Origin: Candidatus Cloacimonadota bacterium
GTDB lineage: Bacteria > Cloacimonadota > Cloacimonadia > Cloacimonadales > JAMOQM01
Assembly (NCBI GenBank): GCA_027064005.1
Contig: JAMOQM010000051.1
Location: 1 to 51,736, forward strand
Reading direction: 5' to 3'
Length of the DNA: 51,736 bases
Under the pieces are notes generated by a model. That model did not search any database. It was given only the letters and a program-made list of their open reading frames with translations, and had not been told where the DNA came from. Positions 36,935-47,439 of this stretch are shown one piece after another (within the stretch, counting starts at the first letter, position 1; each line of letters starts with the position of its first letter). Position numbers and translations under genes: made by a program.

Positions 36935-39478
36935 TTATCTTTTTGTTTTAATTTTTTCTTTCAACTCTTTTGCACCGCTGAAATCTTCCTCAAAAAGCAA
37001 AAGCCGGTCGATATATTCTTCCGCTTTTTCATAATTTCCCAATTCATAATTAATTCCGGAAGCATTAAAGAGCATATTCAAATTTGCGGGATGAAGTTCT
37101 AAATATTCTTCAATTCTTAAGCTGATTTTAGAGAATTTACCGGTTGCAAAGGAAGCAGAGTTTAATCCAAAAAGAGCATTTAAATTTTCAGGATTTTTCA
37201 GCAGAATTTTATTAAAGATTTCCATCGATTCATCAATGAGATTTCGAGATTGCAAGCACAAAGCTTTTCCGTATAAAGCGGATTCATTCTCAGAATTATT
37301 TCTTAAAATATAATCAAATTGTTTTTCTGCCGATTCAGTATCACCGATTACCAAATAATAAGTTCCCAATCCAATGAGAGCTTCGGTAAAATCTTTATCG
37401 ATATTTATCGCTTCTTCAAAAGAAGATTTTGCTTTATCAAAAGCTTGAGTTTTAAGATAAAGCCTTCCTTTTTGAGTAAGAATTTCGCAAATTAATAAGT
37501 CATTATTTATAGAATCAAGCGGAATATTTTCCAATAAACTTAAAGATTCTGCAATTGATTTTTCTTTTTCCAAAGCAATAGATTTAAGCCAAACAGTTTC
37601 CAAATCATCAAAAATCATATCACAAAAAACTTCCATTGATTCCCAATTTTCATTTTGCCAAAAATAATAAATCAGGTCTTTAATATTTTCAGGATTATTG
37701 GGATCGTCTTCAATTTTATCTCTTAATTCCGATTCGGTTTGATTTATTTTTCGTCGCAAAGATTTTTTTTGAGGTTGAGAGTTATCAAGATGAATTTCAC
37801 TTTGATGATAAGATTGGCGTTCAATTTTTTCTTCTTTATAAATTAAAGCATCGTGGGCAATTTTTATATCCAAATGTTTGATTTTCATTACTTTAATAAT
37901 TTCGAGCCAAGTTAATTCATCATTATTAATGTCTTCCAATTCTGAAATTTTTGGAAGGTTAGATTTTAGAATTGCAAACGCTGTATAATTTTGAGGAATA
38001 TTTATCTTTGTTTCAACTCCGACTGAGGAATAAGTTAATTGCAAAGCTGTGATTTTTAGAGTTTGATTTTGCTCAAAACGATAATGAGAAGTTAAGTTTT
38101 GCGGATCCCAAATATTAGCTTTAGAAATTAACGGAAGCAAGAGCCCGATATTTTCATCATAAGTAAAATGATTTGTTAAAAATGCCGGGAACATCGGAGA
38201 AAGAATCCAATCACCATCAATAAAGATGAGTTTTTCATTGTTAGATAATTTTACCGCTTCTAAGAAATCTGCTAAAACAGAATCTGTTTGAGGGACAACT
38301 TTTCTCGAAGAAATTTCATCTTTTGTGATAAATATCAATTCGTAGTCAAAATCATAAAGGTCGATAATTTTGTTAATATTAGATGGATTCCTAAAGATAA
38401 TTGTGCCTTTTTGAGAATTGTCTTCCAGAATTTCTAATGATTTTTTCACTACTTTTTCCGCACTTGTTCCATCTTTAACAGAGATAAATTGCTCAGCTAT
38501 TTTCTTTTGTTCTTCGGTCATAACCGGATTCATAAAAGAATTAAAAATAATCTGCGGTAATTTATTTATTTGCGAAAAACGTGTACCGACATTTCTAAAA
38601 CGATATTCCAAATTATTTTCATTATGATTAGGATAGCGAATTTGGTCCGGACTATCAAACAAAATAACAGGTTTATCCAAAGAAATAAATTCATAAATAA
38701 CGGAAGAAACATCGGTTAACAAAATGTCCGCTAATTGGAAATATGGGGTGATATCCAAATCATCAGCAAAATATGTGTTTTTATTTTCAAAAGCAATATT
38801 TCGATACATTTCTTTCCAATCTTCAGAAGATGCTCCGTGTAATTTGATTATGAGATTTATATAAGTTGGAATTAACTCTCTGATTTTATTTCCCAAATGT
38901 GGCAAAAGGCTTAATTCAGGATTAAAAGTTGGGGCGAATAAGAGAGTTTTATTATTGGGATCCAATCCGAGAGATGCTAATTTTTCCGGAATATTTTCTT
39001 TGTTTCTAAGATTATCTAATTTTGGCATTCCGGTAACTTCAATAGGTTTGAATACTTGTTTTTCAAGAATTTTTTTATGAATAGTCCCGGGCACACAAAT
39101 TAAATCTGCACAATTTTCTCTTTTTGAGATGGGAGATTCGGAAAAAAACCAACCTTTGGAAATAGTTCCATGTCCCAAATTGACAATCTTTCCTAATCCT
39201 TCCACATATTGATAACTGAAGTCTGCGATGAAAGTTATATCCGGTTTATATTCATAAGGATTTGTAATCCACGTAACGGGGAAATCTATATATTTTTTGA
39301 GAGTTTCCGAACGAAGTCCCCAACCGGCGAAACTATTCTCAGACGCTTGATATTGAAAACTGCTAACCCCGATTTCGCCTAATGAATTTGTATAAATGTA
39401 TTTCATCACATTCATTAAGATTGGAATGTGTAATTCGCGTTCTACAAAGAATAAGAATTTTTTACTTTGATTTTCCAT
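36935..39478 (-). CDS. TagB/F-like glycerophosphotransferase domain + degenerate GT-like region + TPR repeats
   Basis: GHGTISKG, TGMPKLD, FAPTFN, KLH, TDVSSVIYEF; C-terminal TPRs. Confidence 0.75.
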   Translation of the reverse strand: MENQSKKFLFFVERELHIPILMNVMKYIYTNSLGEIGVSSFQYQASENSFAGWGLRSETLKKYIDFPVTWITNPYEYKPDITFIADFSYQYVEGLGKIVNLGHGTISKGWFFSESPISKRENCADLICVPGTIHKKILEKQVFKPIEVTGMPKLDNLRNKENIPEKLASLGLDPNNKTLLFAPTFNPELSLLPHLGNKIRELIPTYINLIIKLHGASSEDWKEMYRNIAFENKNTYFADDLDITPYFQLADILLTDVSSVIYEFISLDKPVILFDSPDQIRYPNHNENNLEYRFRNVGTRFSQINKLPQIIFNSFMNPVMTEEQKKIAEQFISVKDGTSAEKVVKKSLEILEDNSQKGTIIFRNPSNINKIIDLYDFDYELIFITKDEISSRKVVPQTDSVLADFLEAVKLSNNEKLIFIDGDWILSPMFPAFLTNHFTYDENIGLLLPLISKANIWDPQNLTSHYRFEQNQTLKITALQLTYSSVGVETKINIPQNYTAFAILKSNLPKISELEDINNDELTWLEIIKVMKIKHLDIKIAHDALIYKEEKIERQSYHQSEIHLDNSQPQKKSLRRKINQTESELRDKIEDDPNNPENIKDLIYYFWQNENWESMEVFCDMIFDDLETVWLKSIALEKEKSIAESLSLLENIPLDSINNDLLICEILTQKGRLYLKTQAFDKAKSSFEEAINIDKDFTEALIGLGTYYLVIGDTESAEKQFDYILRNNSENESALYGKALCLQSRNLIDESMEIFNKILLKNPENLNALFGLNSASFATGKFSKISLRIEEYLELHPANLNMLFNASGINYELGNYEKAEEYIDRLLLFEEDFSGAKELKEKIKTKR

Positions 39479-40698
39479 TAATTTTCTTCCTTAACATCGT
39501 TTTTTAAAAGATTAAACCAGTCTGTAAGATGGGTATATTTTCCGATTGTACGATAATAATCAATATCCAAACCTTCTAAATCTTCATAAGTTTTTGCTTC
39601 TTTAAAATTAACAAAATAATTTGCAAAATGAATTGCTGAAAGCGGACCAAAATCTTTACTAATATAACTACTCGGTTCGTGATGATATAAAACAGCTTCG
39701 ACAATATCATCAGGCAATCCCCAAATTCCTAATAAATAAGCCGCAACTTCGGCGTGATTTATATCCAAACTTTCTTTTTCAACTTTCCAAAGAGCGATAT
39801 TTTCATGTTTGGCTTTATCTAAAATTGGGGCATAATCATCTTTAAAACTATTGAGAATTACCAATTGACCAAAATCATGCAACAATCCGCTAACATAAAC
39901 GGAGTCAATGAAATCAACTCGATCTTCATATTCCATAATTTTAATTGCATTTTTGGCAACTTCTCGGGAGTGATATTCTAATTTTTTTACACTAAAATCA
40001 TCAACTTGTTTGTAAGAATTATTAAAGAAAACTTCTACGTATAAAACTAAAGCTCGCAAAGTATTCATTCCCAAAAATATAGCAGCTTGGTGGGGAGTTG
40101 TAATTTCACCTTTATGAGCAAGCATTGCACTGTTGGCAATTTGCAATACTTTTGTAGTTAAAGAAATATCTTTTGCGATAAGATCACCAATTGTTTTAAT
40201 CGGAACATTTGGAATTTGGAATTGACTCAACAATTTCATATAAACTTCAGGAATTATGGGAATGCTGTCCAATTTACCAATAATTTCTTGCATACCTTTT
40301 TTTTCAAGGAGAGATAAATTTCTTACCGCACTATTAACTATTTTTAGAAAAAAATCAGGGCGAAAATCTTTTTTAATAACTTGGTGGGCGACATCTATTC
40401 CTTGTAAAATAAAATCTTTATCATTTAAATCTGTGAAAAATATTCTAACAATTGTCGGATATTCGTATTTTATTTCTTTCATTAATGAAAAAGAATCCTG
40501 GTTGTTTAACATTAAATCGGCAATCACAACGTTGATATCTTTTTTAATTAATATTTGCATGATTTTGTCGTAATCATTTTCATAATAAATATCAAAATTT
40601 ATATCGGCAATCTTTAATGTTTTTTTTATGTCTTTGTAAATACTCTTTTTATCTGCGATAACCAAAAAAACTAATTTCTTCATTTTAAGAAAATTCAT
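39478..40698 (-). CDS. REC-HDOD signalling protein
   Basis: VVIADL (REC); KVLQIANSA, GLLHDFG, HAEV, WGLP, YHHEP (HDOD). Confidence 0.85.
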   Translation of the reverse strand: MNFLKMKKLVFLVIADKKSIYKDIKKTLKIADINFDIYYENDYDKIMQILIKKDINVVIADLMLNNQDSFSLMKEIKYEYPTIVRIFFTDLNDKDFILQGIDVAHQVIKKDFRPDFFLKIVNSAVRNLSLLEKKGMQEIIGKLDSIPIIPEVYMKLLSQFQIPNVPIKTIGDLIAKDISLTTKVLQIANSAMLAHKGEITTPHQAAIFLGMNTLRALVLYVEVFFNNSYKQVDDFSVKKLEYHSREVAKNAIKIMEYEDRVDFIDSVYVSGLLHDFGQLVILNSFKDDYAPILDKAKHENIALWKVEKESLDINHAEVAAYLLGIWGLPDDIVEAVLYHHEPSSYISKDFGPLSAIHFANYFVNFKEAKTYEDLEGLDIDYYRTIGKYTHLTDWFNLLKNDVKEEN

Positions 40699-40768
40699 TG
40701 CAACTCCGGATTAATCCTTGTTATTTTCCAAAATCAACGTAAGGTGAGATTTATGAAAAAGAGAAAAT

Positions 40769-40800
40769 ATCATCACCCAATTTGACTATTGGCTGATGAT
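40769..40800 (-). terminator. Possible terminator hairpin
   Basis: ATCATCA-CCCAAT...ATTGG-CTGATGAT imperfect inverted repeat; T-rich tail on the minus strand. Confidence 0.45.
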
Positions 40801-40823
40801 AAAGTTCTATTAATTGTCTGTTG

Positions 40824-41798
40824 TTATTTATAAGATCCAAAATATTTCATAAATTGAGCTCTTTCATATATTAGAGAATTTTCTTGTTTTGATGAACTAA
40901 GTTTTCCTCTGAAATCATTTATTGAAGTGTAATCGTTTTCTTCAGCCCATTTGCTAATATCATTAAGCATTTCTTGAATAAATTCAGGTCCTTTTTCATA
41001 AATTGCAGAAACAACTTCTACGGCTTTTGCTCCCGTTAAAATAGATTTTACAACTCCGGCACCATCGTGAATACCGTTTGTTGCAACTAAATCACATTTA
41101 ACCTGATGAGACAAAATGGCAATCCATCTTAAAGTATTAAATAAATCCGAAGAATTGCTAAAGATGTTTGAAGGTTTTATTTCCAAGGTATTCAAATCAA
41201 TATCCGGACTGAAAAATCTATTGAACATAACAATCCCGGCTAAATCTGTTTTAGAAAGTTTTACCACCATTTTTGCTAAAGATGAAAAATAGCTTCCAAT
41301 CTTGATTGAGAAAGGTATTGTAATTTCTTTTTTAACATTTTTTACAATATCAAAATAAAGCTTTTCGACTTCTTCAGAAGAAGTATTAACATCGGTTGGC
41401 AACACAAAAACGTTTAATTCCAAAGCATCTGCTCCGGCATCTTCAATTTTTTTGGCATAATCAGTCCAACCATCTGCATTACTGCAATTTATGCTGGCAA
41501 TTATAGGGATAGAGACTTCTTTTTTTGCATCTCGAATAAGATCAAGATGTTTGTTTATGTTGTGGCTTTTAGTAAAATAAGAAAGATATTCTTGACCTTC
41601 ACTATAATTTGAGTCTCCTGACAATGAATCAATTTCACTTAAAATTTGTTCTTCAAATAATGATTTTAACACTACTGCCGCAGCACCATGTTTTTCTAAA
41701 TTTTTAATTTTTTCAACGGAATCTACTAATCCACAACTGCCAATTATTATGGGATTTTTTAAATTCAGTCCCATATATTTTGTCGATAAATCAACCAT
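40824..41798 (-). CDS. Dihydroorotate dehydrogenase-like flavoprotein
   Basis: YMGLNLKNP, VLKSLFEEQI, ALELN, FNRF, ERAQFMK. Confidence 0.8.
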   Translation of the reverse strand: MVDLSTKYMGLNLKNPIIIGSCGLVDSVEKIKNLEKHGAAAVVLKSLFEEQILSEIDSLSGDSNYSEGQEYLSYFTKSHNINKHLDLIRDAKKEVSIPIIASINCSNADGWTDYAKKIEDAGADALELNVFVLPTDVNTSSEEVEKLYFDIVKNVKKEITIPFSIKIGSYFSSLAKMVVKLSKTDLAGIVMFNRFFSPDIDLNTLEIKPSNIFSNSSDLFNTLRWIAILSHQVKCDLVATNGIHDGAGVVKSILTGAKAVEVVSAIYEKGPEFIQEMLNDISKWAEENDYTSINDFRGKLSSSKQENSLIYERAQFMKYFGSYK

Positions 41799-42047
41799 AT
41801 TTTCCTCCGAGTTATCTTCATTTACTTTAAATTTTATCTATTATTCAATTTTTTAAAAATCAAATTGAAATTAAATGGTCTTTTTAATTCGTCAAGGCAA
41901 AATATTTTAGAGGGTTAAATCAATTAAAAAATAAGGATTTGCTTCTGATAATATTGCTTTTTTCAGAGACCACAAAATGATATTTTTTGGGTTAAAACTA
42001 TCATAATTTAGTTTTCTTTGTGAAATATATCTTTAGAATTTTTTATC

Positions 42048-42824
42048 TTAAATTTTTATTTCATCATTAAGTTTTTGTTCTACAATATTTTTTAATTTTA
42101 AAATTGAAGATGAATGTATTTGGCAAACTCTGGACTCCGAAACTTCGAGGATTTTCCCAATTTCTTTGAGAGATAACTCTTCATAATAATATAATGAAAT
42201 GACTAATTTTTCTCTATCGCTCAGTTGATCAATACCTTCTAATAAAATAGCTTTTACTTTTTCTTTATGCATTTGTTTTTGAACATCGGCAGAATCATCA
42301 GATACCACATCTTTAAGAGTAAGATTTTCACCGTCGCCTTTTGAAGAAATATTTTCATCCAATGATGATAAAAACATCGGTCCTAGATTATCTGTTATTT
42401 GATTGTATTGCTCAATAGAGATATCCATTTCTTCAGCTATTTCGCTATCGGAAGGGGTTTGTCCGGTTGAATCATAAAGATATTTTATTGCTGCTTTAAT
42501 TTTCTTATGCTTTTCTCTAATTGAACGAGGTACCCAGTCTGTTTTGCGTATTTCATCGACAATTGCACCTTTAATTCTCAAAGTACCAAAAGTTGAGAAT
42601 TCATATCCTTTATTAATGTCAAAACGGTCGATTGCTTCTAATAATCCCACCAATCCCGCAGAATACAAATCATCTAATTCTAAAAGATTAGAGGTGTACA
42701 TATTAAGTTTATTAGCTAAATAATGAACAAGAGGTAAATACTTTGAAACCAATTGCTCGTATAATTCAGGTCTTTTTGTTTTTTTATATAAAATCCATAA
42801 TTTTTTTTCTTCAGGACTCATCAT
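42048..42824 (-). CDS. fliA: RNA polymerase sigma-28 (FliA/WhiG)
   Basis: RIKGAIVDEIRKTDWVPRS, LYYYEEL.LKEIG..L.VSESRVCQIH. Confidence 0.93.
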   Translation of the reverse strand: MMSPEEKKLWILYKKTKRPELYEQLVSKYLPLVHYLANKLNMYTSNLLELDDLYSAGLVGLLEAIDRFDINKGYEFSTFGTLRIKGAIVDEIRKTDWVPRSIREKHKKIKAAIKYLYDSTGQTPSDSEIAEEMDISIEQYNQITDNLGPMFLSSLDENISSKGDGENLTLKDVVSDDSADVQKQMHKEKVKAILLEGIDQLSDREKLVISLYYYEELSLKEIGKILEVSESRVCQIHSSSILKLKNIVEQKLNDEIKI

Positions 42825-42855
42825 TTACTCCAGTTCCGGTTAAATTTTTTAAAAT

Positions 42856-43128
42856 TTAAGCAAGTTCTTCAATTTCTTCTGTTTCCCCAATATTTTCTTT
42901 AGGAAGTTCTTTGGCAATAATTTTCCATTCAGAAGTCGAATAAGTTATTCTCCAGATAAAGAAAACAACATTCATAACAATGTAAGAAAAAATGTAAGTG
43001 ATAACTCCACGAATAAAAGATTCAATAAGATCTGCTTGAAAGAAAAGGTAGTTTGAAAAAAAGGTTATAAATAGCATGATTATAGATATAGCTGTAACAA
43101 AAGCTTTAATCTGAATCTTTGCTATCAT
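42856..43128 (-). CDS. Small 2-TM hypothetical protein in the flhF-flhG-fliA operon
   Basis: Two hydrophobic stretches; tight operon spacing. Confidence 0.6.
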   Translation of the reverse strand: MIAKIQIKAFVTAISIIMLFITFFSNYLFFQADLIESFIRGVITYIFSYIVMNVVFFIWRITYSTSEWKIIAKELPKENIGETEEIEELA

Positions 43129-43131
43129 AAT

Positions 43132-43950
43132 TTATTCCTTTTTATCTCCTTTTAGAATCATCATTGCAACATTATGTATGGAAGCTGAAGATTTTGAACG
43201 AGGTCTTTTTACTAAAATCGGTACCTGTTCTTTTACTGCTTCCTGCAAATAATGATCAAACATTATATTTCCCAGATAGTTAACTTTTTTATTCAAAAAA
43301 TGTTGAACAATAAGGTTAACTTTGTTAAAGATATTTTTACCTTCTTCTTCGGTTTGAACCATATTTATCACTAAATTAATATCGGGATGAGAAATTCTAT
43401 AAAACAATATTTTAATCATTGCGTAAGCATCGGTTATTGCTGTAGGTTCCGGGGTTGTAATGATAATTACTTTGTCAGAATTTACCACAAAATCTACCGA
43501 ATAATCCGAGATGCCGGCACCGGTATCAATAAGAATATAATCGAATTTCTTTCTCAAATCATTATACGCCTGAATCAATGCTCTTTGATAGCGTTTTGAA
43601 TTTGTCAAAACTTCTAAATTACCCGAAGAAGCGGGTAATATTTTTAATCCTTTCGGTCCATCTAAAAGCAAATCTTCAACTTCAATAAGATCATCCATCA
43701 AATTTGTGAGCGTATATTTTGGATAAACACCCAGCAAAATATCAATATTAGAAAGGTTCATGTCCGCATCAATTAATAAAACCTTTTTACCTCTTATCGA
43801 CATTGCAATCCCTAAGTTTAGAATAAAATTAGATTTTCCTACGCCACCTTTACCGCTGGTGATAGAAATTAATTTTGCAAATTTTTCTTTATTTTTATTT
43901 TTAGCATTTTTAGCGAAATTTTGTAACGATATTGATTGATTAAATTCCAT
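43132..43950 (-). CDS. flhG: FlhG/FleN MinD-family ATPase
   Basis: SGKGGVGKS, IDTGAG, PEPTAITDAYA; between flhF and fliA. Confidence 0.9.
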   Translation of the reverse strand: MEFNQSISLQNFAKNAKNKNKEKFAKLISITSGKGGVGKSNFILNLGIAMSIRGKKVLLIDADMNLSNIDILLGVYPKYTLTNLMDDLIEVEDLLLDGPKGLKILPASSGNLEVLTNSKRYQRALIQAYNDLRKKFDYILIDTGAGISDYSVDFVVNSDKVIIITTPEPTAITDAYAMIKILFYRISHPDINLVINMVQTEEEGKNIFNKVNLIVQHFLNKKVNYLGNIMFDHYLQEAVKEQVPILVKRPRSKSSASIHNVAMMILKGDKKE

Positions 43951-45085
43951 ATTTACCTCTTAAAATCATTGTGGCAATGTCTTTTCTATCAGCCAGTGCA
44001 ATATCTTCAGGAATATTTTGTCCGAATGTCAGATAGGAAATAGATTTATCAAATTCTTTGCAGATATTTAAAATGTCTCCATAATTACTAATCTCATCAA
44101 TTTTTGTAAAGATGATATTTTTAAATGGTATTATTCCAAAAGTTTTAATAGCATCTCGGAGCATTTCATTTTTATACGTAATATTTAAAACTAAATGAAT
44201 CTCATCAGCGTGAGAAAATCTAATTAAATCTTTCAATTGAATCATTCTTTTCATATCTTTGGGATTAATTCCCGGAGTGTCAATAAGCACCAAATCGGCA
44301 TTTCTAAATTTTTTAGATTTTTCAAGGAATTCATTAGGATTATATATGGGCTCAAAAGGAATATTGGCGATTTCAGCGAAAGCTTTAAGTTGTTCCATTG
44401 CGGCAATTCGATAAGTATCAGCTGAAATAAGAACAACTTTTCTGTCGTAATTATATTTATAAAGAGCCGCTAATTTGGCAATTGTGGTTGTTTTCCCAAC
44501 GCCTGTCGGACCGATAATAGGAACGTAAACGGGAGCTCCTTTCATAAATCTGATTGGACCGGATACTTGAATATTATTTTTTAATTTGAGAATAATTTTA
44601 TTGTCGATTAAGTCATTATCAAGGAAATCTTCACCTTTGAGATTGAGCATTAGTTCATCCACTAATTGATTGGAAATAGTTGGACTAATTCCGCCGGCAA
44701 TCATTGTCTTTACTTTATTTTGCAATAGTTTTGGAATATGTGGAAGACTTTGATATCTGATATGATTGACCAACAAATCAATTTGATCTCCGATCATATC
44801 CAAATCTTTTTGCATAGCTTCAAATTGAACATTTTTAAGAGAAGAAGATTCTCTGTTTTTTCTTGATACTTTTTCTAAAGTTTGGCTAAATTTTGGTTTC
44901 GAATCGATCTGGTTATCAACTTTTTTCTCAATGGCAGCAGTAATCTCAAATGCTTGTTTCCATTCAGGATTTTCCGGTTCTTTAATAGTTTTTGAACTCA
45001 GAATTATCGCATCATCACCAAATTCTTTCTTTATTTGAGCTAATGCTGATTGCATTGATCGGGCAACAAATTTCTTTATTCTCAT
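43940..45085 (-). CDS. flhF: Flagellar biosynthesis SRP-GTPase FlhF
   Basis: GPTGVGKTTTIAKLAA, DTYRIAA, DTPG, TKIDE, GQNIPEDI. Confidence 0.93.
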   Translation of the reverse strand: MRIKKFVARSMQSALAQIKKEFGDDAIILSSKTIKEPENPEWKQAFEITAAIEKKVDNQIDSKPKFSQTLEKVSRKNRESSSLKNVQFEAMQKDLDMIGDQIDLLVNHIRYQSLPHIPKLLQNKVKTMIAGGISPTISNQLVDELMLNLKGEDFLDNDLIDNKIILKLKNNIQVSGPIRFMKGAPVYVPIIGPTGVGKTTTIAKLAALYKYNYDRKVVLISADTYRIAAMEQLKAFAEIANIPFEPIYNPNEFLEKSKKFRNADLVLIDTPGINPKDMKRMIQLKDLIRFSHADEIHLVLNITYKNEMLRDAIKTFGIIPFKNIIFTKIDEISNYGDILNICKEFDKSISYLTFGQNIPEDIALADRKDIATMILRGKYGI

Positions 45086-45344
45086 CGACTTTCCTTATTT
45101 AATATTTTTATTATGAGATTCTTTTTCCAAAATAAATAATGTATAACAACTTGTCCAGTTTTTCATTATTTCAACAATAAAGTTTTAAGTTAAGATGAAT
45201 GTGAAATTTTTAATAGACATAATTTATTACGAATTATTTCTTGATTATCAAAAAACGAATATTTTCATTCTAATTTGAGAAACTTAATTCTCTGAATGTG
45301 AGCAATTAGAGTGTTTTTTAAATAAAAATATTTTGGAGGATAAA

Positions 45345-47420
45345 TTGTTATATAAAGATTTTCTTTTTGAATTGGGAGTTGAAGAAATCCCGGCAGGTTT
45401 TATTGCGGAAGCTATTAGAAAAATGGAAGATTATTTTAAATCTTTTTTAGAAGAAGAGAAATTAGCTTTTTCCGAGATAATTATGTATTCTACTCCACGT
45501 CGATTTGCTATCCAAATTAAAGGTGTGCAAGAAAAACAAGATGATGAAATCATAGAAAAAGTTGGACCTGCAAAAAGAGTTGCTTTTGATTCTGAAGGGA
45601 AATTGAGCCGAGCCGGACAAGGTTTTTTGCGAGGAGCCAAAGCTAAAGAAGATAATTTATTTATCAAAGAAACAAAAAAAGGCGAATACATCGCTGTTAA
45701 AATTGAGAAAAAAGGTGAATTGGCAAAAGTGCTTCTCAAAAAAGCGATTCTTGATTTTATTAACAATCTTTCGTTTCCGAAATCAATGAGATGGTATAAT
45801 TATAAACTTAATTTTGCACGACCTATTAGATGGATTTTAGTCCTTTTGGATAACGAAATTATTGAGATGAAATTGAATAATCTTTCTTCATCAAATAAAT
45901 CTTTTGGTAATAGATTTCAAAAAATACCTAATGAAATAAGTATCGAAAATCCTAAAAATTATGAAGAAAATCTTGAAAAAGTTTATGTAATTCCTAATAG
46001 AAATAAACGAAAAAAGATGATCAAAACTCAACTAACGAAGCTTTTTGAAAATTCTGATAATCACTATATTGAAGATGACAGATTGCTTGAAATAGTTACT
46101 GATTTAGTTGAATATCCGACATCTATAATCGCTTCTTATGATGAAAAATATCTTAAACTTCCTCAAAAAATAATTACTTCTACTTTGACTCAACATCAGA
46201 AATATTTTGCGGTAGCTGATAAAAATAATAAGTTAACGTATAATTTTGTTTTTATCTCAAATGGTAATCCTGAATTTAGCGAGATTATTAAATTAGGTAA
46301 TGAAAAAGTCATCAGAGCAAGATTAGAAGATGCGGAATTTTTCTTTAATGAAGATACTAAAGAACCGTTTGAAAATTTTGTTCCGAAATTGAGCAATGTT
46401 CTGTTTCAATCTGATTTAGGTACTTTGTTGGAAAAAACAAAAAGGATTGAAAAAATAGCCGGATTTTTATGTGAAACTTTAGATTTTTCTCAAAAAGAAA
46501 AAGTGCTGAGAAGTGCATATCTTTGTAAAGCCGATTTGGTTTCTCAAATGCTTGGCGAGAAAGAATTTACCAAATTACAAGGTTATGTCGGGATGAATTA
46601 CGCTCTTTTTAGTAATGAAGATAAAGATGTTTCTAAAGCTATTTATGAACATTATATGCCACGCGGGGAAAACGATTCTTTGCCTTCAAATGAAATTAGT
46701 GCTTTGTTAGCTATTTCCGATAAATTGGATACTGTTTGCGGAATAATCGGTGTTGGATTGCTTCCTTCCGGTTCAAAAGATCCTTTCGCTTTGAGAAGAG
46801 CGGCAAATGGAATTGTCCAAATAATTGATGCTTTTAATTTTGAACTTAACTTGAAATCAATAATTGATTTTGCTTTTGAAACTTTGGGGGATAAAGTAAA
46901 ATCCGATACTGAGAAAGAAAAAGTTTATACTTTTTTCAATCAAAGAGTACTCTGGCTTCTTAAACAAAAAAATATTGATTCTGATATTATTAAAAGTATC
47001 ACTCACATTGATGCTTCCGAAATTGTTGATTTAAAACAAAGAGCCGAAGATATCCAAAAATTTAAAGAAAGAGATGATTTTAATCAATTGGTTTTGGGAT
47101 TCAAACGCGTCTCAAATATTATTTCCAAAAATCCGCAATCCGGAAATCCGGAAGAAAAATACTTAGAAGATGTTGAGGAAAAAAATCTCTATCAAAAATA
47201 TATCTCAACGAAAAACGAAATAGAATCAGAATTGAAACATAAAAATTATTCCAAAGTAATGAGTATTCTGGTTGAATTCAGACCAATTATTGATGACTTT
47301 TTTGATAATGTTTTAGTAAATACTGATAATGAAAATATAAAATTAAACAGATATCGATTGCTGGGAAGAATTCGAGATTTGTTTTTGAATGTCTCTGATT
47401 TAGCTGAAATTAACGAATAA
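45345..47420 (+). CDS. glyS: Glycine-tRNA ligase beta subunit
   Basis: FELGVEEIP, TPRR, HQKYF, ARL.DA.FF, GSKDPFALRRAA. Start set to TTG 45345 (SD GGAGG). Confidence 0.95.
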   Translation: MLYKDFLFELGVEEIPAGFIAEAIRKMEDYFKSFLEEEKLAFSEIIMYSTPRRFAIQIKGVQEKQDDEIIEKVGPAKRVAFDSEGKLSRAGQGFLRGAKAKEDNLFIKETKKGEYIAVKIEKKGELAKVLLKKAILDFINNLSFPKSMRWYNYKLNFARPIRWILVLLDNEIIEMKLNNLSSSNKSFGNRFQKIPNEISIENPKNYEENLEKVYVIPNRNKRKKMIKTQLTKLFENSDNHYIEDDRLLEIVTDLVEYPTSIIASYDEKYLKLPQKIITSTLTQHQKYFAVADKNNKLTYNFVFISNGNPEFSEIIKLGNEKVIRARLEDAEFFFNEDTKEPFENFVPKLSNVLFQSDLGTLLEKTKRIEKIAGFLCETLDFSQKEKVLRSAYLCKADLVSQMLGEKEFTKLQGYVGMNYALFSNEDKDVSKAIYEHYMPRGENDSLPSNEISALLAISDKLDTVCGIIGVGLLPSGSKDPFALRRAANGIVQIIDAFNFELNLKSIIDFAFETLGDKVKSDTEKEKVYTFFNQRVLWLLKQKNIDSDIIKSITHIDASEIVDLKQRAEDIQKFKERDDFNQLVLGFKRVSNIISKNPQSGNPEEKYLEDVEEKNLYQKYISTKNEIESELKHKNYSKVMSILVEFRPIIDDFFDNVLVNTDNENIKLNRYRLLGRIRDLFLNVSDLAEINE

Positions 47421-47439
47421 ATAAAAAAAGGAGAATCAA

